Origin: Minisyncoccota bacterium
Lineage (GTDB): Bacteria; Patescibacteriota; Minisyncoccia; Phycocordibacterales; UBA6065
Assembly (NCBI GenBank): GCA_036400935.1
Contig: DASWWW010000002.1
Span: forward strand, 137,529-201,528
Direction of reading: 5' to 3'
Length of the DNA: 64,000 nucleotides
Part shown: positions 54,991-64,000 of the stretch, one piece after another
Numbering within the stretch: the stretch's first letter is position 1
Layout of the letters: every line of letters starts with the position of its first letter
The notes under the pieces: generated by a model
Told to the model about the DNA's origin: nothing
The model's input: only the letters and a program-made list of their open reading frames with translations
Databases searched by the model: none
Position numbers and translations under genes: made by a program

Positions 54991-55287
54991 CTATGCGGCA
55001 ACAGCCGCCAGGCGAGAATGATGACCCCGAAGCCAATAGGCCTCAGGCCGAGGTTCAGTTTCCCACAGAAGAGGAACCTCGATCTTGACATAGCCCTGAC
55101 CGGGATCACAGACGGAGTCGCCTTTGCGCGTCCACATCCATCCATCCTTATCGAAGACCACTGTCTCGCCAGCAAAGAAAAAGAACTGCGAGGCAAGATC
55201 GGGAAACTGCCCCAATTCAGCCTGCAACTCGAAGCTATCTGATAACGGACCAGTAGTAGCTTGCATTACATCGCTATTATGCAACAA
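54991..55287 (-). CDS. hypothetical protein (about 91-98 aa), tentative
   Basis: ORF with plausible composition, and nothing else. Confidence 0.25.
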   Translation of the reverse strand: MLHNSDVMQATTGPLSDSFELQAELGQFPDLASQFFFFAGETVVFDKDGWMWTRKGDSVCDPGQGYVKIEVPLLWETEPRPEAYWLRGHHSRLAAVAA

Positions 55288-55375
55288 ATTACCCCAAATG
55301 CAAGAAAGCTTTCGGGTCGCCCGCCAACCCTCCTATATATTGCAAAAACCGCCTACTTATGATATCTTTATACCC

Positions 55376-55609
55376 ATGAGTACGATTTCTAGCGTAATGC
55401 CGTATATTCAGATAGCCATTTCAGCGCTTCTTATCCTCGCGATCCTCCTTCAGCACTCTGGTGCTCAGAACGGCGGCGCTCTTGGAGGCGGTGACAACAA
55501 CAGCTCGGTTTTCCACACTCGCCGAGGGCCTGAAAAATTCCTCTTCATCGCAACGATCGTCTTGGGCGTGCTTTTTGCAGCTACGTCTCTCGTCTCGCTT
55601 GTCCGCTAG
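55376..55609 (+). CDS. secG: preprotein translocase subunit SecG
   Basis: MSTISSVMPYIQIAISALLILAILLQHSGAQNGGALGGG...FLFIATIVLGVLFAATSL matches SecG. The ORF track's 161-aa version carries a spurious N-terminal extension. Confidence 0.8.
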   Translation: MSTISSVMPYIQIAISALLILAILLQHSGAQNGGALGGGDNNSSVFHTRRGPEKFLFIATIVLGVLFAATSLVSLVR

Positions 55610-55668
55610 CTCAAGCGTACTCTCTTTAACTTACATAATACTGTCTCATTACAGACAGCCTCTCATAC

Positions 55669-57438
55669 ATGGAACCGAAAAATTCCCTTTGGCGATCCCT
55701 CACTCGCGAACGCAAGGTTCAGGGCCTTCATAAGACTCAGGAGACCTTCGACTCCCTCTCCATAACCGAAAAGGCGCTTTTCCTTGCTTTTGCCTTGGTA
55801 TCGATCGTCGCCGCGCTTTCCCTTTTGGGCAAGGCGAGCGCCGAATTCTCAGTGAACATCCCACGCGACGGCGGAAAGCTCGTCGAAGGCATCGTGGGAA
55901 CGCCGCGCTTCATCAACCCCTTGCTCGCGATATCGGACGCGGACCGGGACCTTACGGCTATCGTCTATTCGGGGCTTTTGAAAGCTACGCCTAAGGGCGA
56001 ATTCATTCCGGACCTCGCGGACACCTTTACCGTATCGCCGGACGGCCTCACATACTCCCTTACCATCAAGGACGGCGCCGTGTTCCATGACGGAACGCCC
56101 GTAACCGCCGAGGACGTGCGATTCACCGTAGAAAAGGCCCAGGAGGCAGCCCTCAAGAGCCCTCGCCGCGTAAACTGGGAAGGTGTCACTATCGCCCACG
56201 CGGAGGGCCATGAGATCGTTTTCACACTCAAGCAGCCGTACGCCCCCTTCATATCGAACCTCACGCTCGGCATCCTGCCAAAGCACCTCTGGCAGTCCCT
56301 TGAGAGCGACCAGATCCCTTTCAGCTCGCTCAACGTCAATCCGGTAGGCACCGGACCGTACCAGATATCCAAGGTTATCCGATCGTCCGACGGCATCCCT
56401 ACGGAGATCATGCTCAAGGCCAATCCGAACTACGCCCTCGGCCGACCGTACATCTCTATACTCGACATAAAGTTCTTCTCGAACGAGAAGGCGCTCCTCG
56501 CAGCCGTCACCGACGGCCTCGTAGAGAGCGCGTCGAACCTTACCCCTACGGGCGCGACGTCGACAAAGGCGATCCGGAACATAGTGTCCGCGCCGCTGAC
56601 CCGCGTCTTCGGGGTCTTTTTCAATCAGAACGAGAACGAGATCCTCGCCCACAAGGAAGTCAGAAAGGCGCTCGCCCTGGCGACCGACAAGGATTTCATA
56701 GTTAACAGCACCCTTCAGGGATACGCCGCCGAGACAAACGGCCCGCTTCCGGCATCGGCCGAGGCTACCGCATCGACATCCCCTGCTCTTATCGACCAGG
56801 CAGCCGAGACGCTCGCCAAGGCGAAGTGGAAGAAGAATGCCGACGGGGTATTCGAGCTCGGGTCAAAGACTGGCTCGTCGACCCTCTCGCTCTCCCTCTC
56901 GACCGCCAACATCCCGGAGCTCGTGGCCAGCGCCAAATCAATCGAGGAGAACTGGACGGAGCTCGGAGCAAAGGTGGACGTTCAGGTATTCGAGCAAACC
57001 GACCTTAACCAGGGAGTAATCAGGCCCCGAAAGTACGACGCCCTCCTCTTTGGCCTCGTCATCGGCAAGAACTCAGACCTCTATCCGTTCTGGCATTCGT
57101 CGCAGCGAAACGATCCCGGCCTCAACATCGCCATGTACACCAACGCAAAGGCGGACAAGGCCCTCGAGAAGATGAGGACGGCGACATCGACGGCGGCGGC
57201 AAAGGCCCAGTACGACATTTTCAAGAAGGAGCTCGACACTGACACGCCAGCCATATTCCTCTGGAGCCCCGACTTCATTTACGCCATCCCGGAAAAGCTT
57301 CACGGCGTAGATCTCGGAGAGATTACCACCCCAAGCGACAGGTTCAGCGGAATCGAGCGATGGTACGTAGAAACTGACGCAGTTTGGAAAATATTCGTGA
57401 AGGATCAGGACGAAGTCATTACAAATACAGAAAATTAA
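55669..57438 (+). CDS. ABC transporter substrate-binding protein, family 5 (OppA/DppA-like), with no adjacent permease or ATPase genes
   Basis: 589 aa, N-terminal TM/signal anchor, family-5 SBP architecture. Confidence 0.75.
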   Translation: MEPKNSLWRSLTRERKVQGLHKTQETFDSLSITEKALFLAFALVSIVAALSLLGKASAEFSVNIPRDGGKLVEGIVGTPRFINPLLAISDADRDLTAIVYSGLLKATPKGEFIPDLADTFTVSPDGLTYSLTIKDGAVFHDGTPVTAEDVRFTVEKAQEAALKSPRRVNWEGVTIAHAEGHEIVFTLKQPYAPFISNLTLGILPKHLWQSLESDQIPFSSLNVNPVGTGPYQISKVIRSSDGIPTEIMLKANPNYALGRPYISILDIKFFSNEKALLAAVTDGLVESASNLTPTGATSTKAIRNIVSAPLTRVFGVFFNQNENEILAHKEVRKALALATDKDFIVNSTLQGYAAETNGPLPASAEATASTSPALIDQAAETLAKAKWKKNADGVFELGSKTGSSTLSLSLSTANIPELVASAKSIEENWTELGAKVDVQVFEQTDLNQGVIRPRKYDALLFGLVIGKNSDLYPFWHSSQRNDPGLNIAMYTNAKADKALEKMRTATSTAAAKAQYDIFKKELDTDTPAIFLWSPDFIYAIPEKLHGVDLGEITTPSDRFSGIERWYVETDAVWKIFVKDQDEVITNTEN

Positions 57439-57461
57439 TCAATCATTTAACAAAAAACATT

Positions 57462-59492
57462 ATGAACGACACGAATACATCACAGCCAAGCAGGTCAGGA
57501 GACTCTATCCCTAACTCGGGAGCGATCCCTCCTATGCCTCAGCGACCGGTCTCTGGAAACCAGGGACAGCGACAGGGCGGCCACGGAGGCCGAGGGCGCG
57601 GCGGACGCGGATTCCGCGGCAATCGCGGAGGCCACGGACGACCTCAGGGCCCACGGCCTGAAGGCGCGCCGGCGGGTGGCGGACAAGGCGGACGCTCCGG
57701 CGGCCGAGGCGGCTCGATGAAGCGCATGATGCGCGACCGACGCAAGCCGATGCGACGCTTTAACCAGGGCGGCCCTCGACCTATGGGAACGAGCAACAAC
57801 GCCCCATCCCAGGTTATCCCTCCTATCGGCGACAATATCCGCATCATCCCATTGGGAGGCGTGGAGGAGATCGGCAAGAACATGACGGCCATCGAGTTCG
57901 GCAACGACATCATCGTTATCGACGCGGGCTTCCAGTTCAAGGACGAGGCGACCCCGGGAATCGACTACATCCTTCCTAACACCAAGTACCTCGAGGAGCG
58001 AAAGCACCAGATCCGCGGCATGTTCATCACCCACGGTCACCTCGACCATATCGGAGGCCTCCCTTACATTATCGACCGCATCGGCTACCCGACTATCTAC
58101 ACCCGACAGTTCGGAGCAGTCATGATCCAGAAGCGCCAGGAGGAATTCCCTCACCTGAAGCCTTTGGATATCAAGGTCATCGCCGGAAACGAGACCATTA
58201 CCGTAGGCTCGCTCAAGGTAAAGACCTTCCCTATCTCGCACACAATCCCTGACTCGATGGGACTCGTTATTCAGACTCCTTACGGCGACATCGTCTTTAT
58301 CGAGGACGTGCGTGTCGACAACGTCAAAGGCGTCCCTACCGAGGAGGAAGTCGAGCAGTACAAGCAGTTCGCGGGCAAGGAGGCTCTCCTTTTGACCATG
58401 GACTCCACGTCCGTCGAGAAGCCGGGATTCTCGCTTTCCGAGTCAGTCGTCGTCGAGAACATCGACAAGTACATCAAGGCGGCTACGGGCAGGCTCATCA
58501 TCGGAACCTTCGCGTCGCAGGTGGAGCGAATCATCGCCATCATCAAGGCGGCCGAGAAATACGGCAAGAAGGTCGTCGTAGAGGGCCGCGCCATGAAGTC
58601 AAACGTCGAGATCATCAAGCTCCTGAAGCTCCTCGAGGCGACGAACGTCATCGACGTCTCCCAGATCGAGAACTATCCGCCGGACCGCATCGTCATGCTC
58701 GTCACCGGATCTCAGGGGGAGGAATTCGCCGCCCTCATGCGCATCGCGACCAAGCAGCACAAGTACATCCAGTTCCGAAAGACCGATACCGTGCTCCTCT
58801 CTTCGTCTATCATTCCTACGAACCACAACGCCGTAGTTAAGCTCAAGGACAACCTTTACCGCTCGGAGGCGAAGATCATCACCTACCTTGACTCCGACAT
58901 CCACGCGTCCGGTCACGGAAACCGAGACGAGCTCAAGTGGATCCACGAGCAGGTAAAGTACCGATTCTTCATGCCTGTGCACGGCAACCACTATATGCTC
59001 CGCCTGCACGCAGAGCTCGCAATGGCTCTCGGCGTGCCGCGCGAGAACATCATCGTCCCTGACAACGGATCGGTCGTAGAGATCTACGACCAGGGCAAGT
59101 CTATCCGCGTACTCAAGGAGAAGGCTCCGTCGAACCTCGTCCTCGTGGACGGATTCGCCGTCGGAGACGCCCAGGAAGTAGTCCTCCGAGACCGAACGAT
59201 GCTCTCTCAGGACGGCATGTTCATCGTCTTTGCCATCATCGACGCCCAGACCGGCCGATTGCGAAAGTCTCCGGACATTATCTCCCGAGGATTCGTCTAT
59301 CTCCGCGAGTCTCAGGACCTGCTCCGCGACACTCGAAACCTCATCAAGGATACTATCGAGCAGACGGCGCACGGCATGAATCCCCTCAACGTCGAAATGA
59401 TCAAGGCGAACGTTACCGACGCCGTATCGCGACAGCTCTTCCAGGAGACCGCGAAACGACCAGTGGTGATTCCGGTGCTTCTTACGATCTAG
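57462..59492 (+). CDS. rnj: ribonuclease J (metallo-beta-lactamase/beta-CASP) with an about 140-aa RGG/Gly-Arg-rich N-terminal extension
   Basis: IIPLGGVEEIGKNMTAIEF, HGHLDHIGG and a beta-CASP region. Start set at MNDTN (57462). The N-terminus is GQRQGGHGGRGRGGRGFRGNRGGHGRPQGPRP... Confidence 0.9.
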   Translation: MNDTNTSQPSRSGDSIPNSGAIPPMPQRPVSGNQGQRQGGHGGRGRGGRGFRGNRGGHGRPQGPRPEGAPAGGGQGGRSGGRGGSMKRMMRDRRKPMRRFNQGGPRPMGTSNNAPSQVIPPIGDNIRIIPLGGVEEIGKNMTAIEFGNDIIVIDAGFQFKDEATPGIDYILPNTKYLEERKHQIRGMFITHGHLDHIGGLPYIIDRIGYPTIYTRQFGAVMIQKRQEEFPHLKPLDIKVIAGNETITVGSLKVKTFPISHTIPDSMGLVIQTPYGDIVFIEDVRVDNVKGVPTEEEVEQYKQFAGKEALLLTMDSTSVEKPGFSLSESVVVENIDKYIKAATGRLIIGTFASQVERIIAIIKAAEKYGKKVVVEGRAMKSNVEIIKLLKLLEATNVIDVSQIENYPPDRIVMLVTGSQGEEFAALMRIATKQHKYIQFRKTDTVLLSSSIIPTNHNAVVKLKDNLYRSEAKIITYLDSDIHASGHGNRDELKWIHEQVKYRFFMPVHGNHYMLRLHAELAMALGVPRENIIVPDNGSVVEIYDQGKSIRVLKEKAPSNLVLVDGFAVGDAQEVVLRDRTMLSQDGMFIVFAIIDAQTGRLRKSPDIISRGFVYLRESQDLLRDTRNLIKDTIEQTAHGMNPLNVEMIKANVTDAVSRQLFQETAKRPVVIPVLLTI

Positions 59493-59511
59493 CAATCAAT
59501 CGCAGACGAAA

Positions 59512-59537
59512 GAGACCCTCGCAAAGGGTCTTTTTTG
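59512..59537 (+). terminator. intrinsic terminator after rnj
   Basis: GACCCT-CGCAA-AGGGTC followed by TTTTTTGC. Confidence 0.65.
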
Positions 59538-59553
59538 CTGCTTCTTTGCTATA

Positions 59554-60738
59554 ATGTTCCGCATGCCAGAAGAAATAACCCTTCCCAAGAAAAGAGCGAT
59601 CATGTACGCGATCGCTTTCGTGTTCAGCCTTAGCAGCGCATTGCCGGCTTATATAAACTCGTCGTTTTTGTCGGAGCTTTTCATAAATAGCAGCCTCGTC
59701 GGAATCATCTATACCGCGAGCTCGCTCCTCGCCATAGCGGCCTTTATAGAGATGCCTGCATTGGTACGACGCTTCGGCAATTTCCGCGTCACCATCTCCC
59801 TGCTCCTCCTCGAGCTCCTCTCGCTTGCGGGCCTTATCATGGGCAGCGATACGCTCGCCGTCATATCGGCCTTCATCCTCAATTTCGTATCGATCTCGCT
59901 CATCAACTTCACCCTCGACGTATTCCTCGAGAGTTTCTCATCCAATACCGCCACCGGCAAGATCCGCGGCACCTTCCTGACCATAGCCAACATGGCGTGG
60001 CTTATATCGCCGATGCTGGGCGCGTATATCCTGGGCGACAACGCCTTTCACCGCATATATATCGCGAGCGCGGCACTCATCGTGCCCGTTATCGCCCTCG
60101 TCCTTATAAACCTGCGCGGAATCAGGGAGCCTGAGTATAATCACATGCCGTTCTGGAAGAGCTTCGGCGAGATCTGGACCGACAGGAATATAAAAGGCGT
60201 GCTCCTGATCCAGTTTTTGCTCCAGTTCTTCTTTGCCTGGATGATCATCTATACCCCAATCTACCTGCACGAGACCGTCGGATTCGACTGGAAGACGATG
60301 GGAGTCATATTCACCGTCATGCTCCTGCCTTTCGTATTGCTCGATGTGCCGCTGGGCAGGCTTGCGGACAAGGCAGGCGAAAAGGCCATGATGTCGATCG
60401 GATTCGTCATCATGGCCATCTCTACGGCCCTTATAGCCTTCGTAACCGACCATAACGTCCTTATCTGGACCATCGTGCTCTTCATGACCCGCGTGGGCGC
60501 AGCCATGGTCGAGATCATGACCGACACCTATTTCTTCAAGAAGGTAGATGCGTCAAAGACGCATATCATCAGCTTCTTCAGGACCGCCCGACCGCTCGCC
60601 TACGTCGTAGGGCCGATCATCGCGACAATCCTGTTTACCGTATTCGACATGAAGGGACTCTTCGTCTTCCTCTCCCTCCTGATGCTCTACGGACTGCGCT
60701 ACAGCCTCGCTATCGAGGACGTAAAGCCTCGCGCGTAA
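59554..60738 (+). CDS. MFS transporter
   Basis: Twelve predicted TM helices, 394 aa, and a GRLADK motif in the loop between TM helices. Confidence 0.75.
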   Translation: MFRMPEEITLPKKRAIMYAIAFVFSLSSALPAYINSSFLSELFINSSLVGIIYTASSLLAIAAFIEMPALVRRFGNFRVTISLLLLELLSLAGLIMGSDTLAVISAFILNFVSISLINFTLDVFLESFSSNTATGKIRGTFLTIANMAWLISPMLGAYILGDNAFHRIYIASAALIVPVIALVLINLRGIREPEYNHMPFWKSFGEIWTDRNIKGVLLIQFLLQFFFAWMIIYTPIYLHETVGFDWKTMGVIFTVMLLPFVLLDVPLGRLADKAGEKAMMSIGFVIMAISTALIAFVTDHNVLIWTIVLFMTRVGAAMVEIMTDTYFFKKVDASKTHIISFFRTARPLAYVVGPIIATILFTVFDMKGLFVFLSLLMLYGLRYSLAIEDVKPRA

Positions 60739-60753
60739 GGGCTCGCAGCCTCC

Positions 60754-61017
60754 TTAGGCCTTTTCCTCATCCATCAATTTTTTGGCCTCGATGACTTTCT
60801 CGAGGTAGTGCCTCAATTTGGTCTTATCCTCCTTGGCGAGGCCCTCTTTGGAGTAGACCTTTACCAGATTCCGCAATAAAAAACCCATAACCTCGTTCAG
60901 GTACTGGGTCTGTACCGGCTGCCGGGTTCCCTCAGGGATGTCCCGCAGTATCTGTATGCATGCGTCTTGCCCGAACGATGAGATTATCGCTCTGGACGAC
61001 ATTTGAAGTGTGCTCAT
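60754..61017 (-). CDS. small hypothetical protein (87 aa) immediately downstream of radC
   Basis: Intact ORF, 3 bp after the radC stop. Confidence 0.4.
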   Translation of the reverse strand: MSTLQMSSRAIISSFGQDACIQILRDIPEGTRQPVQTQYLNEVMGFLLRNLVKVYSKEGLAKEDKTKLRHYLEKVIEAKKLMDEEKA

Positions 61018-61019
61018 TT

Positions 61020-61763
61020 TTATTCGTAGATAACAGGGACGCTCGTAAATTTGCCCTTGCCCACGATGACGTGGTCGACGAGTGATATCCCCATAATCTT
61101 TCCTGCATCTATCAGCTGTTTGGTGACTTCGATATCAGCCGCCGAAGGGGTCACCACTCCAGACGGATGGTTGTGCACCAATATTACGGCAGATGCTCCG
61201 TATTCGACTGCCGGCTTGAACACTTCGCGCGGATGGATGATGTTTGCATCGATGGTTCCCATGGATAGGACCTCGTCATGGACGATCTGGTGATGGTTAT
61301 TTACGTAAATGCCGCGCAGGTACTCCTTTGGCAGCGTATGCATGTCGGAGACGTAGGCCGAAACATCCTTGGCATTGCGGACGCTGACGTTCCTGCCACC
61401 CGACTTCTTGAAAAAGCGCCGGCCCAGCTCGCTCGAGGCGACTATCTGGCAGGCTTTGACCAGAGGAATGTTGAGTTCCTCGGAGATTTTGGTCGCATTG
61501 TCGAACGAAGAGAAGCTTTTCTCGCCGTATTCGCGGATAATGCGGGACGCCATGGTCATGACGTCCTCCTTTACCGTACCGGTATTGATAATGATAGCGA
61601 GCAATTCGACGATAGAAAGCATCTGAGGGCCGTGAGCGATCATTTTCTCGCGCGGCTTGTCGGCCTCGGGCATGTCGCGAAGCTTGTAGATGTACTGTCG
61701 GCCGACCTCCGGAGCGACGGTGAGCAGCTTATCCTGATTTCGTATCGCGTATGTCGTATTCAT
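61020..61763 (-). CDS. radC: RadC-family JAB/MPN domain protein
   Basis: ILVHNHPSGVVTPSAADIEVTKQL JAMM motif, and an N-terminal HhH region. Confidence 0.85.
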   Translation of the reverse strand: MNTTYAIRNQDKLLTVAPEVGRQYIYKLRDMPEADKPREKMIAHGPQMLSIVELLAIIINTGTVKEDVMTMASRIIREYGEKSFSSFDNATKISEELNIPLVKACQIVASSELGRRFFKKSGGRNVSVRNAKDVSAYVSDMHTLPKEYLRGIYVNNHHQIVHDEVLSMGTIDANIIHPREVFKPAVEYGASAVILVHNHPSGVVTPSAADIEVTKQLIDAGKIMGISLVDHVIVGKGKFTSVPVIYE

Positions 61764-61825
61764 ACGGATAAGTATAGCAAAGGCGGGATAAAGAAAAGAT
61801 AAAGATGGGGACAGGCGATTTCAGC

Positions 61826-62584
61826 CTAGAGCTTCACGCATTCAAGACACATGAACAAAGGGATTTCGCGGCGAGCTTTGTCCTCGGCGGCCTTTTTCGG
61901 GCCCTTCTCGCTCTCCTTGTGCGATACCCACTCCTCTATGCGGGCTATGGCGAATCCGGCATTTGCCAGAGTTTTTGAATAGGTCTGGAGCGATCGGTGG
62001 AAGGAATAGGTAAGCTCCTTCTTCGCCTTGGGATCCTTTAGGCCGGGATTCATGTCGATAGCTGATCGCGACTCGGAAAGGTACTCGTCTACCCTCCTGT
62101 ACTGCACGCCCTTCTTGGCGTCGAAATCCCACGAGCTCTGACCCGGAATCCTGAACGTCGGGTGATTAAGCACAAGAACGAACCTGCCCTTGTCGCCGAC
62201 GAGCCTGCCGACCTCCTTGAACGTGATAGCCATGCGCTCGATGTTCTGAATAGCCAGCACGCACAGGACGGAATTGAAGCTCTTATCCTTGAACTTCGAA
62301 AGCATGTCCGAAGGGGATACGTAGAATTCCTCGTTATGCCCGGCATGCTTGCGGGCTATGTCGATAAGCTCCGGCGATATGTCGACGCCGGTCACATGCG
62401 GGCCCTTGGCGGCCAATGCATGCGTAAAGAAGCCCTGCCCGCAAGCGAGATCGAGGATCCTCTGCCCTTTTTCAGGCGCGAGGATACGCAGCAAGTTCGG
62501 CAAAATGACATTTACCTGATAAGAATCCTTGTCATTTACGACGGTATCGTACCAGCCCGCGACATTGCCCCATGAAGTTTTCAT
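61826..62584 (-). CDS. class I SAM-dependent methyltransferase
   Basis: ILDLACGQGFFT motif I. Confidence 0.75.
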   Translation of the reverse strand: MKTSWGNVAGWYDTVVNDKDSYQVNVILPNLLRILAPEKGQRILDLACGQGFFTHALAAKGPHVTGVDISPELIDIARKHAGHNEEFYVSPSDMLSKFKDKSFNSVLCVLAIQNIERMAITFKEVGRLVGDKGRFVLVLNHPTFRIPGQSSWDFDAKKGVQYRRVDEYLSESRSAIDMNPGLKDPKAKKELTYSFHRSLQTYSKTLANAGFAIARIEEWVSHKESEKGPKKAAEDKARREIPLFMCLECVKL

Positions 62585-62599
62585 GGGTATATGATACCA

Positions 62600-63004
62600 C
62601 TACTTCCTGGAAGTTTTCTTTGCCTTAGGAGCAGCCTTGGACTTTGCCGCCTTCTTTGCCTTTGGGGCAGACGCCTGGAGAGTCGTCTTTATGCCGTTCC
62701 AGTGGCCTTTCATCTCTTCGATGAATGCGCCGAGCTCTTCCTGATCAATATTCTTGAGCTCGTTGTACTTCTTGGCGACAGTGTCGACGGCAGAAAGGTA
62801 TGCAGTCTCAGTCACGTCCTGGACGTTCTCGAGCTGCTCGAGGACCTCGCCCTTGGCCTTGAGCATCCAGCTCTTGACCTTTGAGCGGTTCTTCTCGGCA
62901 TTCTTGTGGCCGTAAAGGTAATATGCGCCGACAGCAGCCGCAGTAAGGCCTGCCAATCCGACTACCACCGAAGTTGTTCCGATGCCTGATTTCTTTTCTG
63001 CCAT
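62600..63004 (-). CDS. membrane-anchored hypothetical protein with a Lys-rich C-terminus
   Basis: Likely start MAEKKSGIG. TM helix VVVGLAGLTAAAVGAYYLY. The ORF is open up to 63049. Confidence 0.45.
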   Translation of the reverse strand: MAEKKSGIGTTSVVVGLAGLTAAAVGAYYLYGHKNAEKNRSKVKSWMLKAKGEVLEQLENVQDVTETAYLSAVDTVAKKYNELKNIDQEELGAFIEEMKGHWNGIKTTLQASAPKAKKAAKSKAAPKAKKTSRK

Positions 63005-63011
63005 ATGTTTT

Positions 63012-63341
63012 TTATTTTGTATGAGTAATTGTATCCGCCACCTTCTCAACCTTGTCCACGGTCTTCTTAGCCTTTGTCGCCTTTCTCATGAAGAAAGTCC
63101 GGACAAGGCCTACGACGTGCTTCCATTTGATCCCTTCGTCGCGCAAGTTCGCGCGGAGCTTCTTGAGATCGCTCACGATCTCGCCGCTCTCGGTCCGTAT
63201 CTTTTCGCTGACTTCGCTCGCGTCGCGCAGGATCCTGATCGCGTAGAAAAGGGCGATCGCGATGCCGATCGATATCAGCACGAGCGCGATGGTCGATATG
63301 AAGAAGAATATGTCCGCATGTATGAGGGATTCGTTTGGCAT
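63012..63341 (-). CDS. membrane-anchored hypothetical protein (109 aa)
   Basis: N-terminal TM helix FFFISTIALVLISIGIAIALFYAI followed by a charged helical region. Confidence 0.45.
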   Translation of the reverse strand: MPNESLIHADIFFFISTIALVLISIGIAIALFYAIRILRDASEVSEKIRTESGEIVSDLKKLRANLRDEGIKWKHVVGLVRTFFMRKATKAKKTVDKVEKVADTITHTK

Positions 63342-63360
63342 GAAGTTTGGTTAAGCGCGA

Positions 63361-63939
63361 CTACCTGAACGTTACCGGCACGTCCACATGGGCGTCGTTT
63401 TCCGGCAGGCCCGATGGATTGTCTTTGCTTAATCTTACATAACCCGAGACGTTAGTGCCAGGGATAAAGCTGACCGTCGCCGCAAACGGCACGAAGCCTT
63501 CCGTCATCCAGTCGCCCTGCGCCTGCGCTATGCCCGATCCGAGGATCGTCCCGTCGGCGCCGATAACCTGCACCGGAAAGCTCGCCTCGAAGAACCAGGG
63601 GCCGCGGGCGGTACCGGAGACCTGAAGCGGCGACGATACGGTGGCGCCCGCGGCCGGCATCACCAGGCTAACCCGCGGATCGCTTACGCCGCCGACAATG
63701 CCGCCCGTAGTCGTACCTATCATGGGATCGACAGGAACAGTCACGTCTTCGACAAAGAGGTTGCCCTCATCATCGCGGCACTGCCTCGGATAGGATTCCA
63801 TGACCGGATATCCCATGCCTACGCAGGTCTCAAAGCTGTCTGCCGCATCGCTATACGGCCCATCGAAGACGAAAGCTATATATGCGACTACGCCGAGCGC
63901 CAACACGGCCAGTATTATCTTATTCGAATTGGAAGTCAT
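63361..63939 (-). CDS. secreted Gmad2-like immunoglobulin-like domain protein
   Basis: Signal anchor; VSSPLQVSGTARGPWFFEASFPVQVIGADGTILG...GYVRLSKDNPSGLPENDAHVDVPVTF. Confidence 0.55.
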   Translation of the reverse strand: MTSNSNKIILAVLALGVVAYIAFVFDGPYSDAADSFETCVGMGYPVMESYPRQCRDDEGNLFVEDVTVPVDPMIGTTTGGIVGGVSDPRVSLVMPAAGATVSSPLQVSGTARGPWFFEASFPVQVIGADGTILGSGIAQAQGDWMTEGFVPFAATVSFIPGTNVSGYVRLSKDNPSGLPENDAHVDVPVTFR

Positions 63940-64000
63940 ACATTTAGAAGAGGGCGAAATAAATGAATAGCCCCATAAACGTAGCCGCTAGAGCTATGTT

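Overview
This is a gene-dense, roughly 58% GC bacterial chromosomal segment of about 70 protein genes and two tRNAs. I found no CRISPR array and no integrase, transposase or obvious prophage.

Housekeeping content (products read from motifs):
- Ribosomal proteins: S16, L32, S2, L31 and L25/Ctc.
- Translation and replication: EF-Ts, RF1, ThrRS, PheS and PheT, DnaE and GyrB.
- RNA processing and chromosome maintenance: RNase R, RNase III, RNase HII, RNase J, an SMC-like ATPase, KhpA, SecG, RadC, an ABC-F ATPase, class II fructose-bisphosphate aldolase and a PfkB-family kinase.
- The rest are secreted or cell-surface proteins with peptidoglycan-binding, Gmad2 or LamG-like domains, plus hypothetical proteins.

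Several features point to a streamlined Patescibacteria/CPR-like organism; this is inference, not shown directly:
- Several core proteins are minimal-domain versions: EF-Ts is 159 aa, PheT lacks the N-terminal tRNA-binding domain, PheS lacks its N-terminal arm and ThrRS lacks the TGS domain.
- Start codons have no obvious Shine-Dalgarno sequence and intergenic spacers are very short.

The most notable items are:
1. An SOS cassette at 36770-38403. A Cheo-type LexA box (GAAC-N4-GTTC) sits exactly in the 17-bp spacer of a TTGAAA/TATACT promoter. It drives a leaderless umuD-like gene that lacks both the cleavable N-terminal arm and the catalytic Lys. That gene overlaps a UmuC-like Y-family polymerase by 4 bp.
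2. A NusB-Nudix fusion protein.
3. A short (756 aa) SMC-like ATPase with no hinge, co-operonic with a small wHTH-like protein.
4. A recurring perfect palindrome, TTTGTAGTA-W5-6-TACTACAAA, in two housekeeping promoter regions.
5. A candidate T-box leader upstream of thrS.
6. An RGG-rich disordered N-terminal extension on RNase J.
7. Two structured intergenic regions that may encode small RNAs, and two low-GC islets of small uncharacterised ORFs each with its own terminator.

A partial secreted-protein gene runs off the left edge (minus strand, 1-964); it is absent from the ORF track only because it is truncated by the window.
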